From assembly GCF_032444005.1 (NCBI RefSeq), contig NC_091282.1:1016924001-1016988000 (forward strand): 64,000 nt of DNA. Reading direction: 5' to 3'. The notes beneath the pieces were generated by a model, which searched no databases, had not been told where the DNA came from, and was given only the letters and a program-made list of their open reading frames with translations. A program made the translations under genes and the position numbers. The DNA comes from Ranitomeya imitator. Its lineage: Eukaryota. Shown piece by piece: positions 36,230 through 48,575 of the stretch (positions within the stretch are counted from its first letter, which is position 1; every line of letters starts with the position of its first letter).

Positions 36230-38050
36230 TCCACTGTTTAGACACATCAGGGGCTCTCCAAACGCGACATGGCGTCCGATCTCAATTCCAGCCAATTCTG
36301 CGTTGAAAAAGTAAAACAGTGCTCCTTCCCTTCCGAGCTCTCCCGTATGGCCAAACAGTGGTTTACCCCCACATATGGGGTATCAGCGTACTCAGGACAA
36401 ATTGGACAACACCTTTTGGGGTCCAATTTCTCCTGTTACCCTTGGGAAAATACAAAACTGGGGGCTAAAAAATAATTTTGGGGGGAATTTTTTTTTTTTC
36501 ACGGCTCTGCGTTAGAAACTGTAGTGAAACACTTGGGGGCTCAAAGTTCTCACAACACATCTAGATAAGTTCCTTGGGGGGTCTAGTTTCCAATATGGGG
36601 TCACTTGTGGGGGGTTTCTACTGTTTAGGTACATTAGGGGCTCTGCAAACGCAATGTGACGCATGCAGACCATTCCATCTAAGTCTGTATTCCAAATGGC
36701 GCTCCTTCCCTTCCGAGCCCTCCCATGCGCCCAAACGGTGGTTCCCCCCCACATATGGGGTATCAGCGCAGTCAGGACAAATTGCACAACAACTTTTGGG
36801 GTCCAATTTCTCCTGTTACCCTTGGGAAAATATAAAACTGGGGACTAAAAAATAATTTTTGTGGGAAAAAATTTTTGTTTTATTTTTACGGCTCTGCATT
36901 ATAAACTTCTGTGAAGCTCTTGGTGGGTCAAAGTGCTCACCACACATCTAGATAAGTTCCTTAGGGGGTCTACTTTCCAAAATGGTGTCACTTGTGGGGG
37001 GTTTCAATGTTTAGGCACATCAGTGGCTCTCCAAACGCAACATGGCGTCTCATCTCAATTCCTGTGAATTTTGCATTGAAAAGTCAAACGGCGCTCCTTC
37101 CCTTCCGAGCTCTCCCATGCGCCCAAACAGTGGTTTAACCCCACATATGGGGTATCAGCGTATTCAGGACAAATTGTACAACAACTTTATGGTTCCAATT
37201 TCTTCTCTTACCATTGGGAAAATAAAAAATTGGGGGCGAAAAGATAATTTTTGTGAAAAAAAAATGATTTTTTATTTTTACGGTTCTGCATTATAAACTT
37301 CTGTGAAGCACTTGGTGGGTCAAAGTGCTCACCACACCTCTAGATAAGTTCCTTAGGGGGTCTACTTTCCAAAATGGTGTCACTTGTGGGGGGTTTCAAT
37401 GTTTAGGCACATCAGTGGCTCTTCAAACGCAACATGGCGTCCCATCTCAATTCCTGTCAATTTTGCATTGAAAGGTCAAACGGCGCTCCTTCCCTTCCGA
37501 GCTCTCCCATGCGCCCAAACAGTGGTTTACCCCCACATATGGGGTATCGTCGCACTCAGGACAAATTGTGCAACAACTTTTTGGTTCCAATTTCTTCTCT
37601 TACCATTGGGAAAATAAAAAATTGGGGGCGAAAAGATAATTTTTGTGAAAAAAAATGATTTTTTATTTTTACAGTTCTGCATTATAAACTTCTGTGAAGC
37701 ACTTGGTGGGTCAAAGTGCTCACCACACCTCTAGATAAGTTCCTTAGGGGGTCTACTTTCCAAAATGGTGTCACTTGTGGGGGGTTTCAATGTTTAGGCA
37801 CATCAGTGGCTCTCCAAACGCAACATGGCGTCCCATCTCAATTCTAGTCAATTTTGCATTAAAAAGTCAAATGGCGCTCCTTCGCTTCCAAGATCTGTCA
37901 TGCGCCCAAACAGTGGTTTACCTCCACTTATGGGGTATTGGCGTACTCAGGACAAATTGTACAACAAGGTTTGGGGTCCATTTTCTCCTGTAACCCTTGG
38001 TAAAATAAAACAAATTGGAGCTGAAGTAAATTTTTTGTGAAAAAAAGTTA
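36230..38050. repeat. About 390-bp tandem repeat, about 5 copies
   Basis: Homologous ORF starts at 36269, 37042, 37434 and 37825 (steps 773, 392, 391). TCTAGATAAGTTCC...GTCACTTGTGGGGGGTTTC recurs. Confidence 0.9.
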
Positions 38051-39558
38051 AATGTTAATTTTTATTTAAACATTCCAAAAATTCCTGTGAAACACCTGAA
38101 GGGTTAATAAACTTCCTGAATGTGGTTTTGAGAACCTTGACGGGTGCAGTTTTTAGAATGGTGTCACACTTGGGTATTTTCTATCATATAGACCCCTCAA
38201 AATGACTTCAAATGAGATGTGGTCCCTAAAATAAAATGGTGTTGTAAAAATGAGAAATTGCTGGTCAACTTTTAACCCTTATAACTCCCTAACAAAAAAA
38301 AATTTTGGTTCCAAAATTGTGCTAATGTAAAGTAGACATGTGGAAAATGATACTTATTAAGTATTTTGTGTGACATATCTCTGTGATTTAATTGCATAAA
38401 AATTCAAAGTTGGAAAATTGCGAAATTTTCAAAATTTTCGCCATATTTCCGTTTTTTTCACAAATAAACGCAGGTAATATCAAAGAAATTTTACCACTAT
38501 CATGAAGTACAATATGTCACGAGAAAACAATGTCAGAATCACCGGGATCCGTTGAAGCGTTCCAGAGTTATAACCTCATAAAGGGACAGTGGTCAGAATT
38601 GTAAAAATTGGCCCGGTCCATAACATGCAAACCACCCTTGGGGGTAAAGGGGTTAAACTCACTGACGTCAGCGCGAGCGCCATGGAAAAGGTTCTAACGG
38701 CACTCGCGTTGACGTAAGTGAAGTGAACCGAGTTCGTTGGCTGTGAACTCCAAAGATCTTTCTGACGACACCGCGAATGAGAGAAAGTTCACACGTGACG
38801 TCAGTGAGGTGAAAGGAGTTCACCGAGAGGCACTGAGCTCAGCAAGCACGTGCAGCTCAGTGTCTCTACTGGATGCCAGGCTGTATAGTCGTATCATGCA
38901 CCAGTTCAGCCTGCCATCTAAATGTAGCAGAGGTAGATGCGCCGTGGGACAAATGGATTATTATCTTCTTGGAGGACAGGTGAGGAATATGGTTGTTTAT
39001 TATTTTAATTCTGTTACAGGAAACATTGGCTTCAGTGGATTGGGCATTGCGGCGAGTATACGTGTTTTTGGTAAATGTAGATTCATAAAAGCAGTCTGTC
39101 ATTATTTCAGTTAAAGGACTTTTTTCTGGGTGTGTGGTTTTTTTTATACACTATCATTACGGAGTTAGTAATGGGGGCATCTTATAGACACTTCTCCATT
39201 ACTAATCTCTGGGCTTGATGTTACCTGACAATACAAAGGTGACATCAACCCCCCCCCCAACAATAACCCTAATTTCCATCACACCAGGGCAAGTGGGAAG
39301 AGCGAGGCTAAGTGACAGAATTGGCGCATCTTATGGATGCACCTTTTCTTGGACAGCTAAGAGCTGATGTTTTTAGTCTGGGAAGGAGAAAATATCCATG
39401 GCCCCTTCCTAGGCTATTAATATCAGCCCGCAGCTGTCTGCATAGCCTTTGCTGGTTATTAATTATTGGGTAAAAAGCACTCACTCACTATATCTCACTC
39501 ACATATTTACATATATCTTTTTTTGCATCTATTTGTATATCTATCTAATTTCTCTCTC

Positions 39559-39560
39559 TC

Positions 39561-39607
<47 letters not shown>

Positions 39608-40818
39608 GTCTAAGGGGTACTTCCGTCTGTCGGCAACTTCCGTCACGTAAATTCTGCATCGCTGATTGGTCTCGCCAGCTGCCTGTCATGGCTGCCGCGA
39701 CAAATCAGCGACGTGCACAGTCCGAATAGTCCCTCCCCTACTCCCCTGCAGTCAGTGCCCGGCTCCCGCATACTCCCCTCCACTCACCACTCACACAGGG
39801 TTAATGCCAGCGGTAACGAGCCACGGGTACCGCCCTCCGTAAACGCTGCTATTAACCCTGTGTGACCAAGTTTTTACTATTGATGCTGCCTATGCAGCAT
39901 CAATACTAAAAAGATCTAATGTTAAAAATAATTTTAAAAAACTGCTATGCTCACCTTCTGTAGTCCGACGATGCCCTCGCGGCTGCCGCCAGCTTCCGTT
40001 CCCAGAGATGTTTTGCGAAATTACCCAGAAGACTTAGCGGTCTCGCAAGACCGTTAAGTCATCTGGGTAATTTCGCAATGAATCCTGGGAACGGAAGATG
40101 GCGGCAGTCGCGTGCATAGGGACAGCTTCGCTGGATCCTGGCGGGTGAGTATATAACTATTTTTTATTTTAATTATCTTTTTTTAACACGGATATGTGCC
40201 CACACTGCTATATACTGCGTGGGCAGTGTTATATAGTGCGTTGGCTGCATTATATACAGCGTGGCTGCTATATACTACGTGGCCAGTGTTATATACTATG
40301 TGGGCAGTGTTATATACCGTGTGGGCTGCATTATATACTATGTGGCCAGTGTTATATACTATGTGGGCTGTGTTATATACCTCGTGGGCAGTGTTATATA
40401 CCGCGTGGGCTGCGTTATATACCACGTGGCTACTATATAATACGTGGCCAGTGTTATGTACTGCGTAGCCTGTGCTATATATTACATGGCCACTGTTATA
40501 TACTGCATGGCCTGTGTTATATATTACGTCGCCTGTGTTATATACTGTGTGGCTGTTATATACTGCGTGGGCTGTGTTATATACTATTTGGGCTGTGCTA
40601 TATACTGCATGGCCTCTATTAACGCATCAGGTATTCTACAATATGTATGTATATAGCAGCCACATAGTATATAGCACAGGCCACGTAGTATTTGTCTGCT
40701 ATATACTACATGGCTCCTATATACTACGTGGCCTGTGCTATATACTATGTGGCTGCTATATACATACATATATACATATTCTAGAATACCCGATGCGTTA
40801 GAATCGGGCCACCATCTA

Positions 40819-40819
<1 letters not shown>
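39559..40819 (+). mobile_element. Non-autonomous Helitron, copy 1, with internal ~22-bp minisatellite
   Basis: 5' TC...ATAATTGTCTAAGGGGTACTTCCG; 3' hairpin CCCGAT-GCGTTAGA-ATCGGG then CCACCATCTAG|T; no TSD. Confidence 0.85.
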
Positions 40820-40867
<48 letters not shown>

Positions 40868-42714
40868 TTCAAGAATTTTTCCTTGGAAAATTATGTGTAA
40901 GTTACATAAAGAATTGCTATGGTCATGTTAAAATCATATGTAAATTGGATACTAGGTGTTAAAAATCGTATTGTACTCACATGAAAATCATATGACACTA
41001 ACATGACACTCGTCGCTCTTTTCTGGACTGAAATCAACCCGTTTTTTTTTTCACGGTGATTGGTATGAGCCCTGAGAGAAAATTTAGGCCCCGGATTCAT
41101 CAAGATTGGTGATTTTCTCGCAGATCTTGATGAGGGGGAGTGGTGGAGCCAGATGAGTGGCGTCTTCCACAGCACAAATCTTACTCCAGTCAGGGTTCTT
41201 GCTGCTCTGATTCTTGCTGCCAGTGGTTCAGGAGACATAAATTTAATGATAGGTTTCCTTTAAGTATGTCATTAGGTGTATTGGATCCATACTTTCTGTA
41301 CAGTTAATTAAAGGGCATAAATAATAACAGTAATTTTGATGTGTTTCTACAAACACTTTGTTCAGACATATGCGATTCTGCTGCAATGCTAGGTAATTGA
41401 AGCATGCGTTTCATAGTAGTGTGGTATCCAGAACAGAAGTTATACCCACTGTACTATGGTAACTTACAGGCTAATTCTGCCATGTTTCCTCTCTTACTGA
41501 GAGGGCTAACATTTTAATATTTCTTTATAGAAGAAAAAGCTGGTAAATAAGTGTCTTTATTGTTACCTACAGTATTTATCAATTTAACCTGCAATTTTTT
41601 TGTGCCAAAATACAAGACATATTATTTTGTTAGTGAGATGTGAGTTAGGAGAAATTTTGTACATGACCTTCCTAATCAAAGTCAAGAAGAAAATTCTTAC
41701 TTGATGGCGTCTGGCATGTAAGAAGTAATTTCAACCAAAAAAAAATACATTTTTCAAAATGTCTCACAGCAGAGAACTGCTGTGTTTGTGCACAGAATTT
41801 TACAAGGGGTGATTCACTCGCTACTTTACCCGGAAAAATTGCTGTAACTTCTAAAAGAGATGATGTATCGTCCTGAAATTTGGACTGTACATACAATGGG
41901 TCAAGAGAAACTAATGTTTTAAAAAAGGTATTGAACATGTGCCATTCCATATTGTTCAATGTATTCCACAGGATGTCTGGGGTCATAGCCTGAATTTCTC
42001 GCTGTATGTTTTCTCAGAGCGCCTGTAATGTTTGTGGCTTGTTACTGAAAAAAAAAAATCAGACGGTGTTAAATCAGGCGATCTTGGTGGCCACAGTCTC
42101 TTGGAGATTACTCTGTCATCAAATAAGGCTACAATACACAGTTCGGACAGCGGATTTCGACCTTATTTAGAAACTCACTTTGGTACCTCTTTAAGGACTC
42201 AGTTTTCACAATGAAAACACGCTCCTCTAAACTGTATCTGTACATTTTTAACAAATGAAGAAGGAACTTGGCAGGAGTGAAATGCAAGCACCACACAAAC
42301 TACCAACATGCAGAAAGGCGTGTAACAAGTCTATCTAGTAGTTGAAACGACGGGCAAGGTGACAAGTAGGCAAGACCACTAGGCACGATGCAGATTTCAG
42401 AAATGCCTCTTATAAAGCTCCAAGGTTTTATTTGCTAACAATGACTGTTTTAGCACCAGGAGCTTATCGTTGCTGGGATACAGTAACATGTGCCTTCTTG
42501 TAGGACACTGTCTATGGACACTGTATATACAGTGCCTGATGTGGGCGGGGTTAGCTTTCTCAGCTCTGCTTCATGCTAACTCTAAAAGCTCTGACTGTGT
42601 GAGAACTCAGTGATACATCATTGGATTCAGCTTCTCTTTGCCTACATCAGGCTGCTTTCAGACGAGGTAGCAAAACCTGCTGACAGATTCCCTTTAAGCT
42701 ATAACAATACACAC

Positions 42715-42859
42715 CCTTGTCTAGCTGTTCTTCCTGGTGGTCTTCATGGCCTTCTAAATCCCCCTTCTTGATATCTTTCTTGAGAGCAAAATCAGTTTCA
42801 TCAGACTCTAGAAAATCACTCATTGTGAAGTCTGCATCATCTTCTTCTTCTTCAATTTT
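42715..42859 (-). CDS. CLGN: Calmegin cytosolic-tail exon (KIEEEEDDADFTMSDFLESDETDF...EQLDK)
   Basis: 145 nt with AG/GT boundaries, phase 0 to 1, open and acidic. Confidence 0.88.
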
Positions 42860-43018
42860 CTAAAAAAAAAGTGCATTAACGGGTTTATTTCCAGGATCTT
42901 TTGAACTCACTACTTAACATTATTGCTGGTGTACAACAATATTTTTCCTATAACATTTTAGCAGGAAATGTAAAATTGAAATCAATAAATCAAAATGGTA
43001 GAAACAAAAGCAGCTAAC

Positions 43019-43138
43019 CTTTCTGGGCCAGCAAAACAAAACCAGAAGACCCACAGGGAGTGCGGCTGTCAGGATGTATAAGCCCCAGAGCCATGGCCGC
43101 TCATCCGCAGCACTCAGGAGTTGATTAATCATGCCTGG
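43019..43138 (-). CDS. CLGN: Calmegin transmembrane exon (PGMINQLLSAADERPWLWGLYILTAALPVGLLVLFCWPRK)
   Basis: 120 nt containing the ERPWLW-TM-FCWP motif of calnexin/calmegin. Confidence 0.95.
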
Positions 43139-43380
43139 CTGAAAGAAAAGACATAAATGAAGCATCTTAAAGCAGTTGCAGTCCATCAACACAATGGACC
43201 CAGACTGAATCCTGAACCAATTACACCTGATCAACCAGCTGGATTTGGCTTGGAGCATTTAAGACGTTTCTCCATGTCAACGTGTATTAACATTTCATTC
43301 GGGTTGAGTATCTGATACATCTTACCCGTTATTATAAACAAGAAGGAACAATAATAAAGGCCAAGAAAAAGTACATCTTA

Positions 43381-43770
43381 GGCTGGTTTCACACTTGCGT
43401 TGTGCAGGGCTGCGTATTTCCTCGTATTTCCTCCATTTAACCCCGCCCACTGCAGCGCCTCTTCCATTCAGCTCCACCTACGTCAGCATGCGTCCTGTGT
43501 TCCTATCTTTAACATTGGGTACGCAGGCCATGCGAATGCAACATGTTGCGTTCGACGCAGTTCGGCACAGTGTCAAAACGACGCATGCGGAGGCATCAGC
43601 ATACATTCGCAGGCCTGTGTACCCAATGTTAAAGATAGGTACGCAGGATGCATGCCGATGTAGGTGGAGCTGAATGGAAGAGGTGCGACAGTGGGCGGGG
43701 CTAAACGGAGGAAATACGAGGAAGTACACAGCCCTCCGCAACTCTGCACAACGCCAGTGTCAAACCAGCC
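43381..43770. mobile_element. PIF/Harbinger fold-back MITE
   Basis: TTA TSD and TIR GGCTGGTTTCACACT/AGTGTCAAACCAGCC. Confidence 0.82.
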
Positions 43771-44048
43771 TTAATTGCTATACGTGATGTGACATATTAA
43801 TAATAATAATTTGATGTAATCATTCCTTCCACATGGAAAATGTTTTACTTGACCTCTTTGGTTGCAAATGCCAATAAATTATAAAAAATATATTACATAA
43901 AAGATAAAAAGGAGTCTTCGGCTCCAGGTGCCACAATCAATTATGGCACGCCAGCGTGGTATAATACTATACATAAATGTACTTACATACACAGATATCT
44001 GCTCGCTACACCCACTGATACTTATCTTTATATATACAATCACATATA

Positions 44049-45119
44049 TCTATATACATAATTGTCTAAGGGGTACTTCCGTCTGTCTGTCTGTCCTTCT
44101 GTCACGGTTATTCGTTCGCTGATTGGTCTCGGCAGCTGCCTGTCATGGCTGCCGCGACCAATCAGTGACGGCCACAGTCCGATTAGTCCCTCCCCTACTC
44201 CCCTGCAGTTACTGCACGGCGCACGCTCCGTAATCCCCTCCACTCACCGCTCACACAGGGTTAATGGCAGCGGTAACGGCCCGCGGTGTAACGCACTCTG
44301 TTACCGCTGCTATTAATCCTGTGTGTCCCCAACTATTTACTATTGATGCTGCCTATGCAGCATCAAAAGTAAAAATATGTCATGTTAAAATAATTTAAAA
44401 AAAACAAAAAACCTGCTATACTCACCCTCCTCCGCCTTTCTCGCTCCTCTCCACGCTCCCGGGACCGCGCCATTGCAAGCGGCAGCTTCCGCTCCCGTCC
44501 CAAGGCTGGCGTGCGACAAGGACCTGCCGTGATGTCACGGTCATGTGACCGCGACGTCATCATGGGTCCTGCTCACACCAGCCCTGGGACGGGACCGCAA
44601 GCTGCCGCTTGCAATGGAGCGGTCCTGGGAGCGTGGAGAGGAGCGAGAAAGGTGGCGGATGGTAAGTATAGCAGAATTTCAACGGGCTATAGGTGAGTAT
44701 ATGTTTTTTTTTTTTTTTAAGTCTCTATACTACGTGGCTCTGTGCTGGGCAATATCACGTAGTATATTGCCCAGCACAGAGCCACGTAGTATGCTCTGGG
44801 CGTAGTATGCTGGGCAATATAATACGTGGCTGGGCAATATAATACGTGGCTGGGCAATATACTACGTCACTGGGCAATATACTACGTGGCTGGGCAATAT
44901 ACTACGTGACTGGGCAATATACTACGTGAGTGGGCAATATACTACGTGACTGGGCAATATACTACTTGACTGGGCAATATACTACGTGGCTGGGCAATAT
45001 ACTATGTGGCTGGGCAATATACTACGTCGCTGGGCATTATACTACGTGGCTGGGCAATATACTACGTGGACATGCATATTCTAGAATACCTGATGCGTTA
45101 GAATCGGGCCACCATCTAG
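44049..45119 (+). mobile_element. Non-autonomous Helitron, copy 2, with 20-bp minisatellite (44815-45070)
   Basis: A|TC start, the same 5' sequence as copy 1, and the same subterminal hairpin plus CTAG|T end. Confidence 0.87.
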
Positions 45120-45135
45120 TATATATATATTTATA

Positions 45136-45191
<56 letters not shown>

Positions 45192-45508
45192 GATATAATA
45201 ATCGCCAGTTGGGACTTCCAGCCGCTTTCCCCGAATCCCATAAGGCACCGCGGAAGTGTCACTTGCGCCTGCACAAGCGACATACACGTCTCCGCTATTC
45301 CCACGCAGGTGCAGTAACAGCCGTGTTGTTACTACGCATGCACGGGAATACTGGTGACTTGTATGTCACTTGCGCAGGTGCAGTTCGCAACAGCCACAAC
45401 TGCGCGCTCTACCCGCGCATGCATGGTAACGACGCACCTGCTATTGCGCCTGTGTGGGGAATAGCGGGGACGTCTATACACCGCACTGCCAGGCCTATTT
45501 CTAATATA

Positions 45509-47114
45509 CAGTGGGGAAAAAAAGTATTTAGTCAGTCAGCAGTAGTGCAAGTTCCACCACTTAAAAAGATGAGAGGCGTCTGTAATTTACATCATAGGTA
45601 GACCTCAACTATGGGAGACAAACTGAGAAAAAAAATCCAGAAAATCACATTGTCTGTTTTTTTAACATTTTATTTGCATATTATGGTGGAAAATAAGTAT
45701 TTGGTCAAAAACAAACAATCAAGATTTCTGGCTCTCACAGACCTGTAACTTCTTCTTTAAGAGTCTCCTCTTTCCTCCACTCATTACCTGTAGTAATGGC
45801 ACCTGTTTAAACTTGTTATCAGTATAAAAAGACACCTGTGCACACCCTCAAACAGTCTGACTCCAAACTCCACTATGGTGAAGACCAAAGAGCTGTCAAA
45901 GGACACCAGAAACAAAATTGTAGCCCTGCACCAGGCTGGGAAGACTGAATCTGCAATAGCCAACCAGCTTGGAGTGAAGAAATCAACAGTGGGAGCAATA
46001 ATTAGAAAATGGAAGACATACAAGACCACTGATAATCTCCCTCGATCTGGGGCTCCACGCAAAATCCCACCCCGTGGGGTCAGAATGATCACAAGAACGG
46101 TGAGCAAAAATCCCAGAACCACGCGGGGGGACCTAGTGAATGAACTGCAGAGAGCTGGGACCAATGTAACAAGGCCTAGCATAAGTAACACACTACGCCA
46201 CCATGGACTCAGATCCTGCAGTGCCAGACGTGTCCCACTGCTTAAGCCAGTACATGTCCGGGCCCGTCTGAAGTTTGCTAGAGAGCATTTGGATGATCCA
46301 GAGGAGTTTTGGGAGAATGTCCTATGGTCTGATGAAACCAAACTGGAACTGTTTGGTAGAAACACAACTTGTCGTGTTTGGAGGAAAAAGAATACTGAGT
46401 TGCATCCAACAAACACAATACCTACTGTAAAGCATGGTGGTGGAAACATCATGCTTTGGGGCTGTTTCTCTGCAAAGGGGCCAGGACGACTGATCCGGGT
46501 ACATGAAAGAATGAATGGGGCCATGTATCGTGAGATTTTGAGTGCAAACCTCCTTCCATCAGCAAGGGCATTGAAGATGAAACGTGGCTGGGTCTTTCAA
46601 CATGACAATGATCCAAAGCACACCGCCAGGGCAACGAAGGAGTGGCTTCGTAAGAAGCATTTCAAGGTCCTGGAGTGGCCTAGCCAGTCTCCAGATCTCA
46701 ACCCTATAGAAAACCTTTGGAGGGAGTTGAAAGTCCGTGTTGCCAAGCGAAAAGCCAAAAACATCACTGCTCTAGAGGAGATCTGCATGGAGGAATGGGC
46801 CAACATACCAACAACAGTGTGTGGCAACCTTGTGAAGACTTACAGAAAACGTTTGACCTCTGTCATTGCCAACAAAGGATATATTACAAAGTATTGAGAT
46901 GAAATTTTGTTTCTGACCAAATACTTATTTTCCACCATAATATGCAAATAAAATGTTAAAAAAACAGACAATGTGATTTTCTGGATTTTTTTTTTCTCAG
47001 TTTGTCTCCCATAGTTGAGGTCTACCTATGATGTAAATTACAGACGCCTCTCATCTTTTTAAGTGGTGGAACTTGCACTATTGCTGACTGACTAAATACT
47101 TTTTTGCCCCACTG
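45509..47114 (+). mobile_element. Full-length Tc1/mariner transposon (IR/DR type, 1606 bp)
   Basis: TA TSD on both sides. The ~205-bp TIRs begin CAGTGGGG and carry inner and outer direct repeats (AAGTATTT.GTCA). Confidence 0.97.
45875..46897 (+). CDS. Tc1-family DD34E transposase, 340 aa, uninterrupted
   Basis: Paired-like HTH N-terminus, WSDET, HDNDPKH and [11 protein letters not shown], with 34 residues between the second D and the E. Confidence 0.96.
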   Translation: MVKTKELSKDTRNKIVALHQAGKTESAIANQLGVKKSTVGAIIRKWKTYKTTDNLPRSGAPRKIPPRGVRMITRTVSKNPRTTRGDLVNELQRAGTNVTRPSISNTLRHHGLRSCSARRVPLLKPVHVRARLKFAREHLDDPEEFWENVLWSDETKLELFGRNTTCRVWRKKNTELHPTNTIPTVKHGGGNIMLWGCFSAKGPGRLIRVHERMNGAMYREILSANLLPSARALKMKRGWVFQHDNDPKHTARATKEWLRKKHFKVLEWPSQSPDLNPIENLWRELKVRVAKRKAKNITALEEICMEEWANIPTTVCGNLVKTYRKRLTSVIANKGYITKY

Positions 47115-47565
47115 TATATGTGTGTGATAAGTATTGAACACGTCACAAGTTTCTATTTGACATGACATTCTTACCTGATGTCGGTAACAACCCATTCAAT
47201 CCACACAAGCAAAAGAAATCAAACCATAGATGTCCATAATGTTAGTTATATGTAATATTGAGAAATGACAAAGGGAAAAAGTATTGAACGCATACTGAAG
47301 TTTATTTAATATTTCGTACAAAAGCCTTTGTCGGTGAAGACAACTTCAAGACACATCTTGTATGGAGAAAATAGTCAAATGCATTGCACAGGTGTGATTT
47401 TGGTCCATTCTTCCACACAAACATTCTTCAAATCCTGAAGGTTCAGTGGGTTCCTTCTATAAACTATGAGCTTTAGTTCCTTCCATAAATTTTCTATTGG
47501 ATTCAGGTTAGGTGATTGGCTGGACCATTCTAGCAGCTTTATTTTCTTTCTCTGAAACCAATTAA

Positions 47566-47760
47566 GGCTGCCGTCACACTATCAGTATTTGGTCAGTATT
47601 TTACATCAGTATCTGTAAGCCAAAACCAGGAGTGGAACTATTAGAGGAAAAGTATAATAGAAACATATGCACCACTTCTGCATTTATCACCCACTCCTGG
47701 TTTTGGCTTACAAATACTGATGTAAAATACTGACCACATACTGGTAGTATGACGGCAGCC
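47566..47760. mobile_element. Harbinger MITE (TCAGTATTT family; relatives at 23540-23703 and 55725-55900)
   Basis: TAA TSD and TIR GGCTGCCGTCA/TGACGGCAGCC. Confidence 0.8.
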
Positions 47761-48126
47761 TAAGAGTTTTCTTTTGCTGTGTGTATGGGATCATTGTCTT
47801 GCTGAAATGTCCACCCTCATTTCACCTTAATCATCTGGTTAGATGGCAGCAGATTCAAGAATGTCTTGGTACATTTGTCCATTCATCCTTCCTTCAATGA
47901 TATGAAGATTGCCAGTGCCATATGCTGAAAAACAGCCCCACACCATGATGTTCCCACCTCTACACTTCACTGTTGGTATGGTGCATTTGGGGTGAAAAGC
48001 AGTGCCATTTCGCCTCCAAACATGGTGAGTATTACGGCATTCAAAGAGTTTAATTTTGGTGTCATCTAATCGGACTATATTTTCCCGGTATTTTTCAGGC
48101 CAAATGTTGTTGAGCAAACATTAAAT

Positions 48127-48575
48127 GTCCATCCAAGTAGAAAAGAAATGGCAGCACTCACCGATCCTTCCAAGAGAGGTAACTTTATTGGCTTATATTA
48201 AAATCTTCACGGCCGGGTTTGCAGATTTACAGAGTGCGGCAAGCCTGACGACGGCCGTTTCGCGCCCACCTGACGCTTCTACGGGTCAGACTCACCCGTA
48301 GAAGCTCCAGGTGGGCGCGAAACGGCTGTCGTCAGGCTTGCCGCACTCTGTAAATCTGCACCCCCGGCCGTGAAGATTTTAATATAAGCCAATAAAGTTA
48401 CCTCTCTTGGAAGGATCGGTGAGTGCTGCCTTTTCTTTTCTACTTGGATGGATTTTATGACATGTTCGGGCTGAAGCACCCGTGATCTGGCGGTCACACT
48501 CCCATCGCAGGTGAGCAGGCATAATTATCCTCTTAAGCAGTGGTGCTGTCAGCTGTGCTCTCTTGCAGATCGATA
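48127..48575. mobile_element. Penelope-like (pLTR) insertion with an inverted 5' duplication
   Basis: 12-bp flanking direct repeat CAAACATTAAAT (48115-48126, 48576-48587), ~158-bp inverted arms, hammerhead-like motifs and an AATAAA...GGTGAGTGC tail. The family call is an inference. Confidence 0.6.
48242..48292 (-). ncRNA. Hammerhead-like motif with variant core
   Basis: Minus strand reads AGTCTGAC-CCGTAGAA-GCGTC(AGGTG)GGCGC-GAAA-C(GGCC)G-TC|GTCAGGCT: 8-bp stem I, 5-bp stem II and a palindromic stem III loop. Confidence 0.65.

Larger units (their letters stand above)
34835..38652. mobile_element. 3.8-kb TTAA-flanked (piggyBac-like) non-autonomous element carrying telomere-like and 390-bp tandem repeats
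   Basis: TTAA|CCCCTTT ... AAAGGGG|TTAA with no transposase ORF. Confidence 0.75.

Noticed and set aside
40183-40962. Cys/Tyr-rich ORFs here and at 44930-45193 and 49791-50820
   Set aside because: They are minisatellite translations within Helitron/hAT composites and are open in several frames on both strands.
45784-46524. 246-aa antisense ORF within the Tc1
   Set aside because: It is a shadow ORF opposite the transposase, commonly seen in Tc1 elements, with no independent evidence.
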